From Intoshia linei (lineage: Eukaryota; Animalia; Orthonectida): a stretch of DNA of 33,599 nt. Each line of letters opens with the position of its first letter. The first letter of the stretch is position 1. The stretch is from the NCBI GenBank assembly GCA_001642005.1, contig LWCA01000288.1, positions 1 to 33,599 of the forward strand, read 5' to 3'. The notes under the pieces are model-generated. The model saw nothing but the letters and a program-made list of their open reading frames with translations. It ran no database searches and was not told the origin of the DNA. The position numbers and the translations under genes were made by a program. Shown here in pieces: positions 10,001 to 19,700 of this stretch.

Positions 10001-12312
10001 GCGGACTAATCCAAATATTATAATTTAATGTAGCAAGTATATCATTTAATAATATTGTTAGAGAAGAGGTTAAATAACTAAAATTCCGGTACTTACTACA
10101 CATATAATGAACTACTTTTTAACAACATATAAATGCAATTAAATTTTATAAATATTAAAATAAAGATCATTTTAATGATTAGCATTATTATTAATAACTT
10201 ATAAATTATTAACATTAAAAATTAATTCTAATTTTGGCGATCGATAGGTTTGGTATCTCTGGTCTATAGCATGGGTTCTTAACCTGGGCTACCCAACCAG
10301 TTTGTGGTGCTATTTTGAATTTTTGTATCGATATTACTTTACAGCTGTGGTTCCCGATTGGGTAAGATTTAAAAAAAAATTTTTATCAACTTTTTTTATT
10401 TTTATATAGAATTAATAATATTTATTAGAGTAGTCAGATGTTTGGAATTTATCTCAAAGCCTAAACGACCGCTACATTATTTTTTCAAAAATCTCACTTT
10501 TATCCATCATTAATAAAATTTAATAAAAAATACTATTTCAAACCCTCATGGAAAAATCGATGATATATCCATATTTTTTTGAAAAATCCACTTAAACAAA
10601 TCCCATAATAAAAAATATAATTTTACCCAGCTTTAAGTCATAAGTCGCATGACCAAAAAAGTGTATTTTTTTACAAAAACCTCAGATTATCTTTTTTATA
10701 AAATAAAAATAGTCCCACATTGCAATGTATAGAAATTTTTTCGATACCACAATAAAAACAGTATTTTATTCGAATTTAAGTTTATTAATTTAATGGGTCC
10801 CAAAGTAAAAAAGGTTAAAACCATGATACATATATAGATGTATATAGTTTTTGGGATTAATTATGAGGAATTAAACCATTATTAAAATCAAAACTAAACG
10901 AGTAGAAACCAATTTAAAAAAAGAAAATGTACATAAAAACATGGTAAACCCACACAAGAAATCAGAGCTACACAAACAAACCACAAACTGATATTATTAA
11001 TGGGGTCTATAGGGAGAAAAGTTTGAAAGTGTCTGGTTTATACGAGGTAATAATATTTTGTTTGTAGAGTTACAGGTGATGAATCAATTCAGTTTTTTAA
11101 AAATGGAAAAGAAAGCAAAAGTGTTGAAATTTCTACAATTGAAACTCCTAAAACACTTGTGGACTTAATTCACAAACATTCTGAAAATTTCGTATTAAAA
11201 TTAACATTGGATAATGTTCAGGTTAGTACCACAATAATTTATATTTAAAATGCATTTTATTTTTATTTTTTAGTCGTTGACTGAAAGAGGACAGTATTTC
11301 CTTATACTTTTTCACAATTACAACGATGATGACGTAATGGGGCATCACATGATTGTTGATTATATGGAAATGATTGAAGTTTCGTTGCTTGATTATACTC
11401 GTTTTTTTCCATCCATTCTTTAATATATTATACGTTTAGATGACTACCTATTTCTATTTGCCGAATCCAAGTATTTTCAACATCCTTTGATTCATTTGGG
11501 ATTATCTGAATCTGACTTACCATTTATTGTACTCGATTCTTTTAAACATTTGTATCATTGTAAGCATAAACCAACGGACATTCTAATGTAAATATAAATT
11601 AAAATATACTTTTATATTAGATGAGCAAATATGGCCAACTTGAAAAATATTTTTAACCTCGAATATTAACTAATTTTTATGAGATTATAATAAGCCAAAT
11701 TTGATTTTAACATGGGTACATTCCTATTTTTTACAAAATTGAAAATATAAGTAAATGTAAAATTAACATATAAATATTGATCATTGATCAATTAATTTTT
11801 TCAAATTATGATTTAAAAATTATTTATTATTATGAAGGTGTTTGGACTCTTTTTTGTTTTTATTAATTATTAACATAAATATAGTCAAAATCTTATATTT
11901 ATTTTTTGAATTATATTTTAGGAATCCAGATTTATTGAAAAATTTCCTGGATGATCATAATTCAGGTAAATTTTGTTTTAATCGTAAATTAATTTATTTT
12001 AGGAAAATTGCACAGAGATTTTCACAACCCACCAGCTGCACCCACCATACAGGTATTAACTAAATTAAAAACGTTATATGGAGAGGTAACTTTCTATTTC
12101 AGTTATTTTGATATACATGTGTTTAGGTTGATACTAATACAGAAAATAAGGACGACGAAATAAAACCTAAAAACTCTCCTGAAGAAAAACATGAGATTCA
12201 CCCTGAAGGTGATCATGACGATCACGCCAAGCAAGCCGTTCCTTCGTCATTTATTAATTTGGTGCCTTCGCCACACTATTATTCAATAAACAGAGACCGT
12301 GACGAATTATAA
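7097..12312 (+). CDS. ERP44: Endoplasmic reticulum resident protein 44 (PDI family)
   Basis: 11 exons: 7097/7103-7245, 7421-7487, 7534-7573, 7625-7812, 8330-8436, 11068-11221, 11274-11400, 11440-11587, 11922-11965, 12003-12052, 12127-12312. Signal peptide, W-CRFS active site, SKYPTL, FQHPLIHLG...DLP...DSFKHLY, SGKLHRDFH and C-terminal RDEL-stop. Confidence 0.95.
8965..9530 (+). mobile_element. Non-autonomous Helitron copy (3' end not seen), in ERp44 intron 5
   Basis: A|TC start, (TG)n tract, colinear similarity to 4159-4720 (AAAGTCCACATTTC.ATTACAGTTTTTTCCGGG...AAATCTACGCATTCC). Confidence 0.75.
9837..10261. mobile_element. hAT MITE
   Basis: Left TIR CAGGGGTGTCCAACC, right end GGTTTGGTATCTCTG, TSD TTCTATAG/GTCTATAG (7 of 8 match). 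Confidence 0.7.
10270..10825. mobile_element. hAT MITE abutting the previous element; interior related to 2981-3683
   Basis: Left end CATGGGTTCTTAACCT, right end AGGTTAAAACCATG. TSD not intact. A similar left end occurs at 22716. Confidence 0.55.
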
Positions 12313-12966
12313 ATTTATATTAAATTTATTATTTTTACACTAATTATACCACATTAATTTCAATATCATCATTTTCAAATTCATATCAAACACTAGCCGA
12401 TAATTGCAAGATTATTAAAGAAAGTTTTTATGCAAGAATTACCCTTCTCTGTGAAGTCAATTTACAATTAATAGTTTTTACAAAAGGTAAAATATATGGG
12501 TAAACATATACCTATACTTTTGTATAAAAAAAATTGCATTAATTATTTAATTATCTTAACGACGATACTTAATTAGAACGCATCTTGGCGCAACATCGAC
12601 AAACTAAATGAAATAAAAATTTTCTGAATTAACTACTAACGTTACACGTTAATATATGTTTTTCGGATTACCCATAGATTAATCTTGTTAACTATCAAGG
12701 ATACAAGTGATAGACATAAATTTGATATATTTAAAATCTATTTTTTATACAAGTCCACCAAACAAAATCACACATTATATTTTTCGTCCGACCATATACC
12801 GCAATTTGACGCAAAGAAATGCAAATCACATTACAGATTATTTTAATATATGTTACATTAAGTTTCTATTTGTAGTGTTGGATAGTATAATAGTAAGTGT
12901 AGCATTTTTAATTAAGATTTATTTTTTTTGTAGAATTAAAAAAGTTCGCCCTCGGTAGAGCTAGGA

Positions 12967-13002
12967 TGTTGTTTGTACGAAATACTTAACAGTCAAAATA
13001 GT
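12967..13002 (+). mobile_element. Orphan Helitron 3' terminus
   Basis: TGTTGTTTGTACGAAATACTTAACAGTCAAAATAGT is nearly identical to the 3' hairpin and terminus at 4750-4785. Confidence 0.6.
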
Positions 13003-13559
13003 ATTTCATAGTTTCGATGTAGATGTATTTGAAAAGTCCATATTACTGTTACGAGTGAGTCGACAGATTCCATGAAAAATCATAAACCAAACCCAACAAA
13101 AATGGAAATCTGAACAACGGATTAAAAAATTTGTTCAAAAGTCTCAAATATTAAACAGTATAAGTAGATCGGGATTATAAGTTCTGCAAATTTATTTAAA
13201 TATAGTTTTTTAAACCCAAAAGATGCTTACACTAAATGTAGTCAATTAAATAATCTGATAAATGATAGTATCGGAAAGAAACATGTTCTTTTTCTTAAAA
13301 TAAGGTTGTACGAAAATTTAAGAGAGATTAAACGGGTAGATACTTTAAGTTAGATCAACCTAATGAAATTGCATATTTGGCACTCATTTATCATTTTCAC
13401 CACTTGGAAATTATATGCCTCAAATAATTAGTAATATATTTCTGAAATAAGATATAAAATTATTTAATGTAACGTTAAATATACAAATTGTTAAATTTTG
13501 AAGTTAAATCCTAAAATAAATGTTTATATTTTTCTTGCCAGTTATATCATGATATAAAT

Positions 13560-13745
13560 CAGCGATTTCCAAGCTTGAGATCAATGAAAGTAAAAATATT
13601 TTGATGGACCGGTAAAATGTGACTAAATTAACATTTAAAAAGGTTTCAAAGTTGGCAAATCCATATTTCTTATTTGAATGTGTTATTTTTAATATATTCT
13701 TCTCGGACTAGTAGACATTTAGGAACCGACGATGTGGAAACACTG
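13560..13745. mobile_element. Short hAT MITE
   Basis: TIRs CAGCGATTTCCA / TGGAAACACTG with flanks ATATAAAT/ATATATTT (6 of 8 match, central TA). Confidence 0.55.
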
Positions 13746-13767
13746 ATATATTTCATATTCTAAAATG

Positions 13768-16700
13768 TTAAACCTTTGTATCCCAAACGATCATTTTTCC
13801 TTCGTTGCTAATTGTAGAAAATTTCGCTGTGTTTCCACGATATGTCCTAATTTCGCTAAAAAATTAAAAATTGAACAATAAAAAAAACATGATTGTTGAA
13901 TTGTGTTTATTTTTATTCGGTCCTTCCGCAGAAGGAGATATGGCGTATGTGTCCAAAGATTTGAAATGAGACATTGCACTAAATCGATATACTTAACAAC
14001 ATAAATAAATTAAGTTACCTCACTTTCCCACATTTCCCTTTTGATTCATTATCAAATGTAGACTCCATTTTAATTTCATTTCCAACTTTAAACGAGTAAA
14101 GACATGTGTCAAACCCCTAATTTCAGATGAATTCATTAAAAATATAATTTTAATACAAATGTAGTAATATTTCCGCATTACAAATTAAATGCATCAATTC
14201 TACCAATAAATAAAATTGCCGGAAATTCAAAAGAAAGTCATTACAGGTAACATTACTACTTTTTTGTGTTTCTGGTTAATTTTTTTATTATACTTACAAC
14301 TCCAATTATACATTCGTTTGATTTCCACATAATTGACATTAATGGCAAAGCGTTAAAATTTAACGTTCTTACGCTAAAATTAAATAAATATGAAATTTAT
14401 AAGCATTGTACGCTGTTGGATCTGCTGAAGTAACAAGTGAAATGCTTGAATTATTGCAAACCCAAACCAATTTATCACCGGTTCCGTCAAACTGAATATC
14501 GTTTACCCATCCCTCTAAAATAATAAATTAATACTAAATATTATAATAATATAAAAAAAAATGATTTAGACTAAACCAGGAGACAAAAGTTTTCAACCTT
14601 TTTCATATTAAAGCTTAATATTAAACTAAAAATTAACGCTAAAGTTAGAAAATGATTGAAACGTAAAAATACAAATATTAAATAGAAACTAAAAGTCATA
14701 TAACTTTGTTAATATCATTTTTATATTTGTTACAATCCTTTGCAAATTGGTAAAATTAAAAACAGAAACACATTGTGATAGTTTTTATCGCAAAATGTTA
14801 CCTTACTTGCCGAGATGTGAAAGAAATAAAGTTATCAATGAATAATTTGAATGTATACGTGACTCAGAATTATCTTGAATATAATGTTCAGACCGACATC
14901 ATATGTTGAACGATCAATGAAATATAAAAATACTAATAATGTAAATACAATAAAATGTATGAAATATCGCAAAAAGATGCCCAACCCAACAAACTAACGA
15001 AGAGGACGTGATATCATTTTTCAACAACAATCATTAACACATCAATTTATTATTTGTCTTAAAATTCACACAGAGGTGTCAAGAGTAACGGAATAGTTAG
15101 TGAAGTTAAAATTACGCTCCTAATGTAATTTTGAGGAATGATATCATGAATAAATTGTTTGTTGAAAGTTTGATATTAAAAGGATTGAGTAATCTGATAC
15201 AGAGAATTGTTATAAACGTAAGAAAATTTATGAGGAATCTATTCCACTAATATATTTTAATACATTATCATTGTTGTATGTCTGTATTGTAAAATTAAAA
15301 ATAAATTTAAAATTATTGCTAGAAATAATAAGCCACAAGTTTTTGAAATTAAACTCAATAGTAAGAATACATTGTTTCAAAATAATTCAGTAGTTTTCGA
15401 ACTTAAAAAACGATATGCACTGAAATTACCTAGTCAAATCTTAACTGTTAGTAATGATATAGTTAAAATCGGTATTGTGACTTCAGATCCAATATTCACA
15501 ATCCCCAAACGGTCTCTATTAGGGTCCATTTCATTATATCAACCATCCGTTAATCACATTGAATCTATTAGTCCACTAAAACCACTTCCTATTGAAAAAT
15601 TAAGACTATTAATCGCTGATCACTTAAATAAATGTAAATTGTATAAACTATTTCAAGCTAAATTGAAAAATTTTGTTAGATAACCATGATTTATTTATCC
15701 TTCATTCGGAACCATGTCCAAAATCGCAAAACAATGATGAAGATTAATGTAACTGATGGAACTCCAATTCGGGGTAAGAATTTTCGTAAACCTTATAGTA
15801 CACTTGACGCCTTAGATGAGTAAGTAGAAGATAACTTGAGAAAAAGTGTTTTATATGTTAGTACCAGTCCATGGGCGTTCCCTATAGTTCCAGTTGATAA
15901 ACCCGATGGGTCTATTCGCATGTGTATTAATTATAAGAAGCTTAACGCCTTATCATTAAAGACGCGTTTCCATTGCCTCGCATGGATGAAACATGCATGA
16001 ATGGGGCTAAGATATTTACCACTCTTGATTTACAATCTGGTCATTGGCAAATCCCTGTAAGAGAATGTGACCGTGAGAACATAGCTTTTTCTACACGGAA
16101 AGGGCACTTTGATTTTAATGTTATGCCTTTTGGCCTTACCGATGTTCCCTTCACATTTCAAAGCTTCACCCAACAGGTTCTGAGAGGATTAACTCGGGAT
16201 TCATGTCTGGTATATCTAAATGACATTATCATTTTCGGTCGCAATGAACAAGAACATCATGATCGCGTAATAGAAGTTCTTAACCGAATTTTAGAACATA
16301 AATTAACAGTCAATATTAAGAAGTGTAACTTTGCTCTGACTTAGATAAAATATTTAGGATATATTATTTCTGGAGATGAAATCCATAATAATCCAGCCAA
16401 AATTCAAATAATTAAGTATTATCCTGTTCCAACCACTGTAAACCAAGTTGCTAGCTTCTTAGGTCTTGCAAATTATTATTGTAAGTTCCTTAAGAATTTT
16501 ACAGAATTAGCTGAGCCATAAAATAACTTAAAGCGTAAAGATAATCCGTTTCAATCAGGAATGAGCATCTGCAATCTCGGAGGCCGCATACGGCCTCTCA
16601 GAAAAATTTTGCAAAAAAGTGAAAATTTTAATTGGCAGTTCAAAAAACGATATATTGCCTTGAGAAGTAGTTTATCTTATAATAAATGCATCTTAAATTT

Positions 16701-19700
16701 TAAAATCTGACTTGTTTTCTCAATATTCTTGTCATATTCAATGATCTTTGATTATGTCTATTATCAATTTTTTCACTTTTAAAGAAATAAAAATTTTTAC
16801 CCCCATCGGATGTCAGCACATAAGAACGAAAACATCAGAAAACAGAATTTTCAATTTAGAGTGGGAAAACGACTATTTTTTAGTTCAGAATAAGTCGATA
16901 GATCTGAATAGTAAGATCAGAATAATAAGGATAATCTGCGTTGTACTCTTTCAAAGACTACTCCAAAGATTTCAGATCTGGTGAAACGGAAACAAGCACA
17001 ACCCTCACACTGACGCTTTTTGGTTTTTGAAATTATATTTTTTGTAATTAAAATATAACAATTTATTGTGTTGGTAAAACTATTATGATTTAATTATTGA
17101 AAATTTGTAAATAAAAAGCATTATGCTCATAAAGTTTCAGATATTTAGAAGTTAAATTTAATATCTAGCCCAGTACTGGTTAGCTCCAAAAAATGTAGTG
17201 AAGAAAAATCAACTAGACTAATTATATCATTAGGGTCACTGCACGAAAAAGGTTGGAAACCGCTGCTTTACATAATGAAAATAAAAACAAGTTGCATGAA
17301 TAATCCACATGTCCTTGTTGATATTCTTATCAGTGAAAAATACATTACTCCAGAATTTATAACAACTGAAATAGACAATCAAAAAATCCGTTTTAACTAC
17401 CCAAATACCCAAATCATTAGTTTATACTGTCTTCATCTTGAGGTCCCTAGTGAAATAGATCCCTTAGACATAAGTTCACATTCTGGACAGATGAACTATT
17501 ATGATCTAGAGATAGCACTGGAAAACTATCATGCACTCTCCAACCCACCTCATTTATGATTTAAAAAAAAAATAACAACTATAATATTAATAAACTACAG
17601 TTCGATTTAGATCATTATTTACACTTATAGCCACGAGAAAGTATATTCAAAATATAATTTTCTGTATACTTAATTAATACGTGTTTATATTAAGCCGTTA
17701 TCTTACTCATTCTCACGTGATTCCTTTGTAAATTCATGTCATTCATGCAAATTTTTCATATATATTTCATATTTTTATGTTGAAATTTTAATGCTTAAAT
17801 AGATTCACACAATAGAATCACACTAAAACGTTGAACCCTAGTAATGATGCGTTACAATTGTGTGATAGGCTAGACAGCGTGTATTTTCCAATGTTACCTA
17901 CTGTGACATTATTACAGACATTCATTGATAAAGTATTTGGTGATATTAATTATATCGAGCAGACATGGATGCTTGGATGATACATAACTATATATATATT
18001 TAGATCTATTGTCGGTAGGAATCTGATGTTTAACATAAGGGGTTCGCATCATCAGTCTGAATTCGATACCTTACACCTGCTTTGAAGACTACAATGTATG
18101 TTAAAAGAGCCTAAACATCGAGGCAAGTCCGTATAGCCCTAATGAAAAGAAATTTTAATGTACCTGAACTTTCCACCATTATCGATTGGGACTAGTGTTG
18201 GAAATTTATCGATAAAAAATAATAAACTAATTTAATTGAAAAATTAATTACAACTGTTATATTATTTATTTTTGTTTAAAAAGTAGACCGTAAGTCTAAA
18301 AATTTATAAAGTACGTCGAAAGTACGACTTTATAACAGTGTCAAAAATCGTATTTTATCTAAAAAGTTGTACTTCCGGTCGCACTAGTTTGGGTGTGTGT
18401 CCAATAAAGATCGGGAAATGTTGGATGCAGGTAAGATAGATTTAAACAACTTTTTAACATTTGAACAATTTGTTGATTCAAAATTAACAACGGAGGATAT
18501 TGTTAAATTTAACTATCTGAGGGAAAAAGTTGGGTTTAACGGGTGATTGCACATTTGTGGAATTATGTAGGGATTTGACGGTGGCAATTCCTATATTGGA
18601 TCGGGAGATAGTTAAGGCGGCTATGAAAAAGGCTGAAAGTTTAATTGCAAAAAATGACGACGAACTAATTGTCCTTTACAAAATAACATTAAATAAAATG
18701 CAAAGTGTATGGTCCATAGTAGAAGAGTATACATGTTTAGGTTTAGAGGCACATCCAACAAAACAACAAATAAGTATTTTTCGAAGTGAATTCATAGGCG
18801 ATCACTACTTCAATAACATCTTTACAGGCTATGCTATAAGAAAAATAGACGCTATTATATACAAAGTGCCCTTCTCTAGTATATCTTGGAACGAACCTCG
18901 AACTTATAACGCTAGGTCACTGATGTGGTTGAACATTGTAACAGCCAGCAGAACAGAGGAACATGATTTATCATCTGTATTTAATGCAATGTATAATGAT
19001 CTCAAACGTTTATACGGAATCACTTCGACTAATATTGACTCACATTTTATTACGCCGCTCAAACGGTGGTTATGGTATTAGGGACGAATGGTTCATTAAA
19101 ATGCTCCGAACAAAAAGTGAAATACCTATAGGACCACTCATCGTTGAAGATGATAAAGGGAAAGCGCGCGATAGAATTCCACCCGATAAAATTTTCCATA
19201 GAATCATAACAAATGTGAAGAGTTTATCGATAGATTCGGCATCGAAATATATAACAGAGTGTATAAGAACTTTAACAACCAAATTACGTCAGATAAAAGT
19301 AATAAAAAGAATAAAGGTGTGATAAAATTCCAAGATTTAAGTTCTGATCGAAGTCAAAAATGCAAGTACGGCTATAATACACGAAAGAAAATTAATACCA
19401 GCGAGTCCTAAATAATACCAATTTTAGCTTTTAATTCGTTAAAACTACGGTAGACCTTTCTGCCAGAGTATAGACGGCGAACCATTATAGCCCATAAATT
19501 TTCAATTCGATACCTTCTGAATTTCTTGCGTAAATGCTTGCTGAATAGTCTCATTCACCTTTAATCAAGTAAGTAATTTTAGTATAAACTATATTTATAT
19601 TTAAATATCTTATTTCATGTGTTATTTCAAGATATTTTAGTAATGAATTTAGTAATTCATCAGGTTAATGATAATTTATTTATTAGAATATGGAGAAACA

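Noticed and set aside
12707-12958. 83-aa intergenic ORF
   Set aside because: GTG start, AT-biased composition, adjacent to a Helitron 3' end; no homology recognised.
18532-18538. GGGTTTA, identical to the yeast L-A totivirus -1 slippery heptamer, at the first frameshift of the EVE
   Set aside because: The upstream frame needs a +1 shift to reach the downstream ORF, and the heptamer is phased in the downstream frame. One extra A in the adjacent A-run explains the break more simply.
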